A DNA stretch of 64,000 bases. Origin: Octopus sinensis. Lineage: Eukaryota. Below, in pieces: positions 26,438 through 37,093 of the stretch. Position 1 is the stretch's first letter. Every line of letters starts with the position of its first letter. Where the stretch lies: positions 54,498,001 through 54,562,000 of the forward strand of contig NC_043006.1 in assembly GCF_006345805.1 (NCBI RefSeq), in the 5' to 3' direction. Both the position numbers and the translations under genes were made by a program. The notes beneath the pieces are model-generated. The model saw nothing but the letters and a program-made list of their open reading frames with translations, did no database searches and was not told the origin of the DNA.

Positions 26438-26760
26438 GGTGCAGGCATGGCTGTGTTTGCTTTTTGAACACATTGAGAGTTTGCTTCCTGAACACAATGT
26501 TTCAGGTTCAGTCCCACTGTGTGGTACCTTGAGCAAGTGTCTTCAAATATAGCTCCAGGTTGATCAAATACTTGAGTGTATGCACTGCTTGACAACTGGT
26601 GTTGGTTTGTTTATGCCCCTGTAACATAGCATTTTAGCAAAGGAGACCAATAGAATAAGTCCCAGACTTTTAAAAAAATGATAAGTATTGGGGTCAGTTT
26701 ATTTAAGGCAGAGTCCCAGCATGGCTGGAGTTTAAAGCCTAAAACAAGAAAAAAATAGAA
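26438..26760 (+). mobile_element. SINE family A
   Basis: GGTGCAGGCATGGCTGTG head, GGTTCAGTCCCACTG B-box, conserved body and tail. Confidence 0.75.
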
Positions 26761-27119
26761 TGCAGTAAGAAGTGATTCTGATATCTAACAGATAACTCAG
26801 GACATATTTTAATCTTATTTAAACTTCATCACTAATATAGTTTGCTGTAATAATTTAGAAGAATGACTCATAAAAAAAAAACCCCAGAAATTCCTGCAGC
26901 ATAAATAGTAAAGTTGGTGCTAGCATACTCAGTATAGTAAGATAAGTTATAATTAATCAAAATTTCACCCTTAATAGTATCATGCACTAATTGAAACAAA
27001 AAACTTGCTTATTCACAAAAAATAAATCGACACATAATAATTTCTAATTAATTGTGTTAGATTAAAATTATTTAGAAAATTGGATGTTCACTGCATTTTA
27101 TTAATTAATACCCCAGTGA

Positions 27120-27450
27120 AAGGTGGAAAGCTGGCCAAATCATTAACGAGTCCACAGAGTCATAAGTAAGTCAGCAGAATCACTAGTGAGTTGGAAGAGT
27201 CATTAGCAAGTTAGCAAAATCATTAGCGAGTCAGCAGAATCATTAGTGAGTCAAACAAAATACTGAGTAACATTTCATCCAACTCTATGTTCTGAGTTCA
27301 AATTCTGCTAAGGTCAACACTGCTTTTCATCCTTCTGAAGTTGATAAAGTTGAGCCCCTATTTGAGCACTGGGGTCAGAGTAATTGACTTACCACCTCCC
27401 CTACAAATGATAGCCTTGTGGAAAAATTTGAAACCATTAATACCCCCAAT
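27120..27450 (+). mobile_element. SINE family B with tandemly amplified head
   Basis: About six diverged 19-bp GAGTCAGCAGAATCATTAG units precede TATGTTCTGAGTTCAAATTC and the family B core. Confidence 0.65.
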
Positions 27451-28309
27451 GATTTATTTATATGCCAGCTGTTCTCTTGAGGGATTTCTACAACTTCAAT
27501 GTATTGTTGTTGTTGATGATGATGATGAAGGTGGTTGTGGTGCTGTTTGCTGAACCAACATATGAGAAAAAGTATTTCAGCTATAGTCAGCCTGTTTTTT
27601 TTTAATTTAATGCCATACAGGAGACTACATTATCTGATGTGTCTTTTCCTTATTTAAGACACAAAGGTCAAGTGTAATCTGAGGAAAAGTTGGCTACTAT
27701 TTCCAGTAAGTTAGCCAACCATGCAGAAGATTTATCATCCTGTTCTTCCCTCATTCAATGGTGTGTCAGAAGTGAAATTCTGGAATTATATTAAACACTG
27801 ATAAAATCAATGAATACTTGTTATATATAACTATAAAAGTTAAAAATATATCAAAACTATTTGACAAGCTGAAACATGCTGTTTGGGTAAGCCAATAATA
27901 TGTAAGTTCTTGTATTGGCATGTAGATTCATGTTGTTGCTGTTATTGTTACTGCTGCTGCTCTTGTTGTTGTTATTGTTGCTATTGGTGCTGCTGTTGTT
28001 GTCTTCTTCTTCTTCTTCCAATAAGGACACACGTCATTAGCCACAAAGAATAATCTCTAATTTGAGCCTACTCTAAGCTACAAAGTATGCGTGTGTCAAT
28101 TTGAAGATCCACCCACCACACATGATCGACTGGCGGTTGCACGGGCACGAAAGCTACATTGTTATCCTCATTCTGTAAACGGTGACTTTTAACAGGTGGA
28201 GAGCTGAACCATCCTGGGGTACAGAGGATTCGCAATCTAGACTAGGGTCTGAAAGTTTACCACACCATAGTGGGTTACACCATGGTTCCTCTGCTTCGTG
28301 ACAGAAGTA

Positions 28310-28494
28310 GGAAGAAAGAGTGAGAGAAAGTTGTGGTGAAAGAGTACAGCGGGGTTCACCACCACCCCCACTGGAGCCTCATGGAGCTTAGGTGTTTTTG
28401 CTCAATAAACACTCACAATGCCCGGTCTGGGAATCAAAACTGCGTTCTTATGACTGTGAGTCTGCTGCCCTAACCACTGGGCCATTGTGCCTCC
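28310..28494 (-). mobile_element. tRNA-derived SINE family C
   Basis: Minus strand GGAGGCACAATGGCCCAGTGGTTAGGGCAGCAGACTC...TTTTGATTCCC has tRNA-like A and B boxes, followed by a unique body. Confidence 0.75.
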
Positions 28495-28739
28495 ACTGCT
28501 GTTGTTGTTGTTGCTGTTGCTTAACATTCCAGTCATGACCATTGCATCCCCTTCTTAAGCTATGTGTATCTAGGACTATGTTGACTAATGTGTCTGTTCT
28601 CTTTTCAAAATGATAGGGTGTAATTGGAGGGAAAATTTGGCTGCAATTTCTCAGCAGTGAAGCATTCACACAGAGGTTCCTGCATCAAATAGACGAAACT
28701 GGAATTTGTAATGTTTATGCATTTCTCAAGCATATTCCC

Positions 28740-31011
28740 ATATCCATATCGAAATAAGGCTAGAAGCATGAAGACAGGGAAAGCCCTAGGCCCATCAGGA
28801 ATCACTGCAGAGATGCTCAAAATATCTGGTAGTGTCGGTTATAGCCTAGTCACTCGTATAGTTAATCAGGTGATACACGAAGGAGTCATACCCAATGACT
28901 GGTGTAGCAGCATAATAGTCAACTGCTACAAAGGTAAAGGTGACGCCCTAGATACAAATAATTACAGAGGTATCAAGCTGTTGGATCAGGTAATGAAGGT
29001 TACGGAGAGGGTCATAGCCCAACTAATTAGAGAGAGAGTTAGTTTAGATGAGATGAAGTTTGGGTTCATGCCAGGGAAAAGTACCACTGATGCTATATTC
29101 TTGGTAAGGCAGCTGCAGGAGGAATACCTAACCAAAGATAAGCCCCTGTACCTGGCTTTTGTTGACATGGAGAAAGCCTTCGACAGGGTCCCCCGATCCC
29201 TTATCTGGTGGTCAATGAGGAAACTAGGGATAGATGAATGGTTGGTGAGAGCTGTGCAAGCCATGTACAGGGATGCTGATAGCAAGGTGAGGGTTGGCAA
29301 TGAGTACAGTGAAGAATTCCGGGTAGAGGTAGGGGTCCACCAAGGCTCAGTCCTCGGCCCCCTCCTATTTATCATAGTTCTCCAGGCAATAACGGAGGAA
29401 TTCAAGACATGATGCCCCTAGGAGCTCCTCTATGCTGATGACCTTGCTCTAATTGCTGAGTCACTATCAGAACTGGAGGAGAAGTTTCAGGTGTGGAAGC
29501 AAGGATTAGAATCGAAGGGCCTTAGAGTCAATCTAGCTAAAACTAAAGTCCTAATAAGTAGGAAGGTAGACAAATCACAAACGCCTTCAGGTAGATGGCC
29601 CTGCTCGATCTATAGAAAAGGTGTTGGTAGAAACTCTATAAGATGCACCAAGTGTAAGCTATGGACACAAAAGAGGTGCAGCAACGTCAAAGGAAGGCTA
29701 ACTAGGAAGATAGTTTTTGTATGTGGCAGATGCTCAAGAGCAATAAACACTGAAAATGCTCTGAGACCAACTTCTGCCACATTCCAGGGAAAAAAACTAG
29801 AAATAGTTGATAGATTCCGTTACCTAGGTGACCAAGTCAGTAGCGGGGGTGGGTGTGCTGAAAGTGTAACTGCTAGAGTAAGAATAGCTTGGGCAAAGTT
29901 CAGAGAGCTCTTACCTCTGCTGGTGACAAAAGGCCTCTCGCTCAGAGTAAAAGGCAGACTGTATGATGCGTGTGTATGAACAGCCATGCTACGTGGCAGT
30001 GAAACATGGGCCGTGACTGCTGAGGATATGCGTAAGCTCGCAAGAAATGAAGCCAGTATGCTCCGATGGATGTGTAATGTCAGTGTTCATACTTGACAGA
30101 GTGTAAATACCTTGAGAGAAAAGCTGGACCTAAGAAGCATCGGTTGTGGTGTGCAAGAGAGACGTTTGCGCTGGTATGGTCATGTGACGAGAATGGCTGA
30201 AGATAGTTGTGTGCAAAAGTGCCATACTCTAGCAGTTGAGGGAACCTGTGGAAGAGGTAGACCCAGGAAAACCTGGGACGAGGTGGTGAAGCACGACCTT
30301 CAAACTTTAGGTCTCACCAAGGAAATGACTAGAGACCGAGACCTATGGAAGTATGCTGTGCGTGAGAAGATTTGGCAAGACTAGTGAGAACATAACCTGT
30401 GGCCTGCATACCTTTCCTTCTTGGCACACAAAACTGCACTTGTGAAGACCCGTTGAGGCAAGTGAAAATCAAAATCAAAATCAAAATCAAAATCAAACCA
30501 AATCAAATCCGATATCAGAAAGCAGAACCAAAATCGAAGTCGATCAACATCAATGGAAATTGCAGCTGTGGTACCAGTGCCGGTGACAAGTAAGTGAACC
30601 ATCCGATCATGGCCATTGCCAGCGCCGCCCCGACTGGCCTTCGTGCTGGTGGCACGTAAAAGCACCATCCGTTCGTGGCCGTTGCCAGCCTCGCCTGGCC
30701 CCCGTGCCGGTGGCATGTAAAAGCACCACCCGTTCGTGGCCGTTGCCAGCCTTGTCTGGCCCCCGTGCCGGTGGCACATAAAAAGCACCATCCGATCGTG
30801 GCCGTTGCCAGCCTCACCTGGCCCCCATGCCGGTGGCACGTAAAAGGCACCCACTACACTCACAGAGTGGTTGGCATTAGGAAGGGCATCCAGCCGTAGA
30901 AACACTGCCAGATCAGACAGGGCCTGATGCAGCCTTCTGGCTTCACAGACCCCAGTTGAACCGTCCAACCCATGCTAGCATGGAAAGCGGACACTAAATG
31001 ATGATGATGAT
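28740..31011 (+). mobile_element. RTE-clade LINE, 5' truncated, inactivated
   Basis: RT motifs KGKGDAL, NYRGIKLL, AFVDMEKAFDRVP, GVHQGSVLGP, LYADD, then [23 protein letters not shown]. In-frame stops at 29410 and 29977. 3' UTR ends in a (GAT)n tail. Confidence 0.95.
30600..30850 (+). repeat. Tandem ~58-bp repeats in the RTE 3' UTR
   Basis: Four to five units ACCATCCGATCGTGGCCGTTGCCAGCCTCGCCTGGCCCCCGTGCCGGTGGCACGTAAAAGC. Confidence 0.85.
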
Positions 31012-31135
31012 ATATAGTAATAACAGAGGGTGAAATTAATTAATTAAGAAGTAATAACATGTTGCCAAAGTAAGATGCTACAGTTTTTTGCCAAAGTAAG
31101 ATGCCATTGCTGAACCCTAATTATATAGTATTACT

Positions 31136-31179
<44 letters not shown>

Positions 31180-31181
<2 letters not shown>

Positions 31182-33089
31182 CGAATTCAAAGTAGAGGTT
31201 GGGGTCCACCAGGGTTCAGTACTCAGCCCCCTCCTATTTATCATAGTCCTCCAGGCAATTACGGAGGAATTCAAGACAGGCTGTCCCTGGGAGCTCCTCT
31301 ACGCTGACGACCTTGCTCTTATTGCTGAGTCACTATCAGAACTGGAGGAGAAGTTCCAGGTGTGGAAGGAGGGTTTAGAATCAAGGGGCCTTAGAGTCAA
31401 CCTAGCTAAAACCAAAGTACTAATAAGTAGGAAGGTAGACAATCCACAAATGTCTTCAGGAAGATGGCCCTGCTCGATCTGTAGAAAAGGTGTAGGTAGA
31501 AACTCTATAAGATGTACCCAGTGTAAGCTATGGACACATAAGAGGTGCAGCAATGTCAAAGGTAGGCTAACTGGGAAGATAGTTTTTGTATGTGGCAGAT
31601 GCTCGGGAGCATTAACCTCCGAAAATCTGCAGAAAACAACTTCCGTCACTTTCCAGGGGGAAAAACTAGAAGTAGTTGATAGCTTCCGTTATCTAGGTGA
31701 CCAAGTCAGTAGTGGGGGTGGGTGCGCTGAAAGTGTAACTGCTAGAATAAGAATAGCCTGGGCAAAGTTTAGGGAGCTCTTACCTCTGCTGGTGACTAAA
31801 GGCCTCTCGCTCAGAGTAAAAGGCAGACTGTATGATGCGTGTGTACGAACAGCCATGCTACATGGCAGCGAAACATGAGCCTGTTGCTGAGGACATGCGT
31901 AAGCTCGTGAGGAATGAAGCCAGTATGCTCCGATGGATGTGTAATGTCAGTGTACATACTCGACAGAGCGTTAGCACCTTGAGAGAAATGTTGTACCTAA
32001 GAAGCATCAGTTGTGGTGTGCAAGAGAGACGATTGCGCTGGTATGGTCATGTGGCAAGAATGGATGAAGATAGGTGTGTGAGAAAGTGCCAATCCCTAGC
32101 AGTTGAGGGAACCCGTGGAAGAGGTAGACCCAGGAAAACCTGGGACGAGGTGGTGAAGCAACGACTTTTGAACTTTAGGCCTCACTGAGGAAATGACCAG
32201 CGACCGAGACCTTTGGAAATATTCTGTACGTGAGAAGACCAGGCAGGACAAGTGAGCCCAGCCCACTTATGAATGCCTTTCCTCCCTTGGACACAAAGAC
32301 CTGTTGAGGCAAGCGAAGTCGATATAGAACCTCATCCGATGACAGACACCCATGCCAACCCCCCATGCTTGCGAAGACATGTTGGGGCAAGCGAAATCGA
32401 AATCGAAACCGAATTGAACCAGCCAGGATCCCTGGCCTGGTGGTACGTAAAAAGCACTATCCGACTCGTGGCCGTGGCACGTAAAATACTCCAATGCGAC
32501 CGTACGACAGGCACCCATGCCAACCCCCTTTGCTTGTGAAGACATGTTGGGGCAAGCGAAATCGAAATCGAAATCGAAATCGAATTGAACCAGCCAGGAT
32601 CCCTGGTCTGGTGGTACGTAAAAAGCACTATCCGACTCGTGGCCGTGGCACGTAAAATACTCCAATGCGACCGTACGACAGGCACCCATGCCAACCTCCT
32701 TTGCTTGTGAAGACATGTTGGGGCAAGCGAAATCGAAATCGAATTGAACCAGCCAGGATCCCTGGTCTGGTGGTACGTAAAAAGCACTATCCGACTCGTG
32801 GCCGATGCCAGCACCGCCTCGACTGGCTTCCGTGCCGGTGGCACATAAAATACACCAATCTGACCGTGGCCGTTGCCAGCCTCGCCTGGCACCTGTGCAG
32901 GTGGCACGTAAAAAGCACCCACTACACTCACGGAGTGTTGGCGTTAGGAAGGGCATCCAGCTGTAGAAACATTGCCAGATTAGACTGGAGCCTGGTGCAG
33001 CCTTCTGGCTTCCCAGAACCCCAGTCGAACCGTCCAACCCATGCTAGCATGGAGAACGGACGTTAAACGAGGATGATGATGATGATGAT
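31180..33089 (+). mobile_element. RTE-clade LINE, 5' truncated, inserted in (TA)n
   Basis: GVHQGS, LYADDLAL, Cys-rich insert, [23 protein letters not shown]; small frameshifts; (GAT)n tail. Confidence 0.95.
32344..32805 (+). repeat. Tandem 165-171-bp triplication in the RTE 3' UTR
   Basis: Units start at 32344, 32509 and 32680 and differ in the number of GAAATC repeats. Confidence 0.9.
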
Positions 33090-33165
33090 ATATATATACA
33101 TGTACATACATAGATACATGTCTACTATACACCATTTTAAACTCACTCATGATTACCTGTGCATA

Positions 33166-33197
<32 letters not shown>

Positions 33198-33369
33198 CAT
33201 GGGTGTGTGTTTCAGAAAAATTGATATAATATTGTAACTTAACTTGACCAATTCTCATTCAAATGATCTCAAATTTTAACTGTTTGCATGTAGAAACCAC
33301 TCAAAATTCTAGGTCTAATGTTGCATGCTTTTTCTGTATGGTGGTGATGAAGACAATGTGCTGTTGAAA

Positions 33370-33595
33370 TGGCTGCCACATTCACCTGACTTGACACCTT
33401 GTGATTATTTTCTCTGGGACTAGGTGAAGGGACTGGTCTATGTCTTCACTCTTCTTACAAGCTGAGCGGAACTCAAGCAAAGAATACTTCCGCACTGGAG
33501 ATTTACCCTAGACATACTGCAGTGTTTGGCAGGAGCTGGACAGCTGACTTGATCTGTGCCATATCACAGGCAGTGAACATATTGAAAACTTGTGA
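33370..33595 (+). pseudogene. Tc1/mariner-superfamily transposase C-terminal fragment
   Basis: WLPHSPDLTPCDYFLWD*VKGLVYV...ELKQRI...VWQELDS*LDLCHITGSEHIENL* matches the WPPRSPDLTPCDFFLWG-type motif. Confidence 0.75.
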
Positions 33596-34551
33596 AATTT
33601 TGTGAAATTGATCAGGAAATTCACATACCTTTGAATTTCTCATTCAAATTTTCAGGTACCTCTGAAACCTATGGGATTGAAGTTTCACTTGAATGGCTGC
33701 AAGTTGATGTCTTCAGAAGAAATAGAAAGAGTGAGGGAATTCTAGGAGTCACTATTTATATGAGTGAAAGGTGTGTCTTTTCCAGTGTAAACACCTGTAG
33801 GATCTTTCGATGATTGTATTTATTAAAGGGACTTTGGCAAACAAAATATGAAGGAGTACATTATGCAGATTTCTCATCAGGAAAATCAAGGAAGAACAAT
33901 AACACTACGTTCAAGCGCGAATGGTCCATTTTGTCGGTGTCCTTCTCATTTGATAAAGGCAGAAAATTTTGTGGCATCTGTAATTCCAAACTTTTTCATA
34001 TTTTGTTCGCCAAAGTCCCTTTAATAAATACAATCGTCGAAAGATCCTACAGGTGTTTACACTGGAAAAGACACACCTTTCACTCATATAAATAGTGACT
34101 AATATAGATAACCCCTCGATTGCCAAAAAAATTTTTGCTATATTTCACCCCAATAGTCAAAAAGATTTTCTTATATTCCCAATTACTACTATCCATTCTT
34201 GCGTTGCCTCTCACCTCGCCCGATTCTTTCTCCCTTTCGCTATCTACTTTCCTTTCTCAACAGTAAACATAATCGAACACACAGACACAGACCTCTCACC
34301 TCACAGCTGTCAGTTTTCTGACATCTACCCATCTACAAACACAATCACGCATTCAGACACACACATATACACATTAAGACATTTATATACAGTCACACAC
34401 ACAGGCACTCATTCATAAAAGAAATCATTTAAACCCACCATTCTTTTGACCTGCACTCTCTCACCTTACTATTCTTATGCCTCCCTCCTCCTACTTCGTT
34501 TGAACCCTTGAATCTTTAGAACCTTCTAGATTCTTCTACATTCAGCCACTC

Positions 34552-34570
34552 TGACGTCACTCCTTATAAA
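34552..34570 (+). promoter_or_regulatory. CRE palindrome plus TATA box in the PLE pseudo-LTR
   Basis: TGACGTCA 34552-34559 and TATAAA 34565-34570; the same arrangement is kept in the second copy. Confidence 0.5.
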
Positions 34571-34649
34571 GAGACACTCATTATCGCCATGGGCTCCTTG
34601 AGAGCGGTCAGCTAAAAGTTTTTTGTGCATTTTGATGTCAACATAAGTT

Positions 34650-34744
34650 CCTTGATTTTCCTGATGAGAAATCTGCATAATGTACTCCTTATTCCTTCAG
34701 AATTAGGAATATGCAGCCTTCGAAACACATGTCGAAAATAAAGG
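34650..34744 (+). ncRNA. Type I hammerhead ribozyme with extended stem II
   Basis: Stem I CCTTGATTTTC/GAAAATAAAGG; CTGATGA 34661-34667; long stem II (GAA..CTGCATA/TATGCAG..TTC); GAAA 34722-34725; stem III AC-ACAT-GT; GUC site with predicted cleavage after 34733. Confidence 0.85.
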
Positions 34745-34795
34745 ATATTTGTTAACTAGTCGTTCAACTCCATTCTTTCATATACTTATAATTTT

Positions 34796-34854
<59 letters not shown>

Positions 34855-35079
34855 AGTTAATGATTTAATTTATGTTTATAATAACAATTTTATATTAATA
34901 CAAGGGTTTACTCTATACTTTTGTAGAGTACAAGTTTATTCTTAAACAAGAATATTGTTGCCAATGACATTGAAGTTTCAGCCATTTAAGCTATCACTGG
35001 ACTACGATGCATTAGCGTTAATCTTGGTTTTATATAGTCTCTATTGGGTTTGTAGAGAACTAGTGTACTTTCTCTCTCT

Positions 35080-35470
35080 ATTATTGTTGGCATCCTTTTG
35101 TCTCGGGAGACAATGGAGTTGCGCATAAACTAATCCAGTCTGGCTTTTACATTTCATGTCCTCTCCAGCTTTGTGCAGGCCTGGGCTAGATGTAAGAAAA
35201 TCCTGGGTAGCCCAATCGTCAGGATTCCTCTTTCGACCTCGCTGACATAGTCCAAAGGAGTGCACAGCATAATGTTTGGCACCAACTTGGTTGCAGGAGT
35301 TGGTGGAAAAGTGTTGAGTCGAACACTAAACTGCCTATGGGGCTCCACTTTGGATTTCTTTGAAGATTGTCTCCTTTCCATAACTCTGGATAGGGGCCCA
35401 TACCAGGTACTGTCAGCTGGACCCAGCTGAGCCCGGGACTCGTGTCAGGCAGGGTCGTCACTCCTTGAAG
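35080..35470 (+). mobile_element. Probable RTE 5' UTR fragment
   Basis: GTTTGGCACCAACTTGGTTGCAGGAGTTG...CTGCCT.TGGGGCTCCACT resembles recalled 5' regions of RTE-clade LINEs; not searched. Confidence 0.35.
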
Positions 35471-36920
35471 TAGTGAAGAAAATCGCTACCCACTACCTAT
35501 CTCTCTATTATATATACATACATATGAACATAGCAGGTAACAGCTAACCTTTGGGCGCTGTTTTGGACCCCGTTTCGTCTACCACTCTAATTGGTTGGTA
35601 TTCATACAATTTGTCTCTTACTCTATCATGTGCCAATATGCAACCTAACCAATTGCAGCCTCCAAATAAATCATGTGAGACAGTCTGTTCTAAACTCTAT
35701 TGGAGCCTGCCGTCAGCTATAAAAACTTGCTTCCTCCTAGTCTCGGAGTCTGTTGGTTCCAGACCTACTAAGGTCTAACCACTGACCACATTACAGCTAC
35801 CTCCATCTTTGTTGCCACCATCATGTCTCTCACCAACACCAACACACTGCACAGGTTCTAACATATCGCAGTTCATGATCTTCCTCATCAGGGTTAACAG
35901 CTAACATACAACCCATACAGATGCATGTAGATATATGAATAAATGCTCATCAACCATTTCCATTTACCATCAGCTAGTATATGTGTGACCACATTAAAGG
36001 TATTTAAAGTTACCACCTTGTTCCATGTATTTCCTTATACCATGTTCCTGTCAAATGATATTACAGCCTTCTAAGTAGTTACATTACATGGAATACAACC
36101 TATCCATCTACAGGTTAAAGTCTTCTTTGAGTACGTGGGTTTAAGTGGGATGATAATTAGGTTTTAGGGTGGGTTGTTATGGAGAAGTGTTTTGGAGAAA
36201 TTTATATTAAAATTTGGGTTATGTTATTGTTTGGAATTTACTCATGTAAGTAGGGCTTTGTAAGCAAGTGTATGTTTAGGTGTGTCCTTTGTTTGGTAGG
36301 CACAGAGTGCTTTAGTAGTTCAGTTATTTTTGGTTTTATTCAATTTAATCCTTTGCTTTGACAACGTAAAGATCAAAGGTTCAATGTCCAGTATTTAGAA
36401 GTTTAATAACTGGGTGTGTCAACTTTTTTGTAATGGAATATTTTAGAGGTTCACAAAGGAATGTAAGTAGGAGGTATGTTTTAGCTAGTGAAACCCTGTA
36501 CTTGTTATTTAGGGAAGTTCCTATTTTTATTTGGAAGCTGGTGATTATTAGTCATGGTGTTGTTAGTATAGGACATATTCCTATCTTGCCTTGATATTCA
36601 CCAAAAGATTTGCTTGGGTGTAGAGGTTGTTGGTCTGTAGGTTTCTCTATAGGTGTTCATTGTTCTATAATGAACCCTTGTGTTTTTATGGAGACTGAGT
36701 TAGTGTACTGCATGTTACTCTTTTACTTGTTTCAGTCATTTGACTGTGGCCATACTGGAGCACTCCTTTAGTCAAGCAAATCGCCCCCAGGACTTATTCT
36801 TTGTAAGCCTAGTACTTATTCTATCGGTCTCTTTTGCCAAGCCGCTAAGCTACAGGGACATTAACACACCAGCATTGGTTGTCAAGCGATGTTGGGGGAC
36901 AAACACAGGCACACAAACAT

Positions 36921-36964
<44 letters not shown>

Positions 36965-37037
36965 TGCAGCGTGGAAGGTGTTTGTAAGCCATTTAAGAAA
37001 CACACAAAAGCCGTTCGATTCATTGATGCAGCACGGA

Positions 37038-37093
37038 TTTTTATCAGTGAACAGGTCGCGGATTTTAGCGACGAAAATCTCTTATGATAAAAA
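37038..37093 (+). ncRNA. Type I hammerhead-like motif with G3:C8 core variant
   Basis: Stem I TTTTTATCA/TGATAAAAA; core GTGAACA 37047-37053; extra G; stem II GTCGC/GCGAC; GAAA 37073-37076; stem III AA/TT. An alternative (pre-insertion) 3' half TATTTTGATAAA lies at 40460. Confidence 0.65.

Larger units (their letters stand above)
33747..34790 (+). mobile_element. Penelope-like element 3' end (GIY-YIG C-terminus plus pseudo-LTR) with inverted 5' segments
   Basis: EWSILSVSFSFDKGRKFCGICNSKLFHIL...RSYRCLH matches the PLE endonuclease C-terminal W...CxLC...RCxH pattern. Homologous to 44122-45170. 33747-33852 is an inverted copy of 33995-34100. Confidence 0.8.

Noticed and set aside
30600-32830. 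CRISPR-like repeat arrays
   Set aside because: Units are contiguous tandem repeats without unique spacers, inside eukaryotic LINE UTRs
28986-33066. Long antisense and 3' UTR ORFs over RTE copies (e.g. 30381-30968, 32267-33037, also 53434-54123 and 57080-57559)
   Set aside because: By-products of GC-richer RTE coding sequence and tandem repeats that lack stops
36100-36700. Possible ancient Penelope RT C-terminal remnant on the minus strand
   Set aside because: Only faint motif resemblance; too degraded to support without an HMM search
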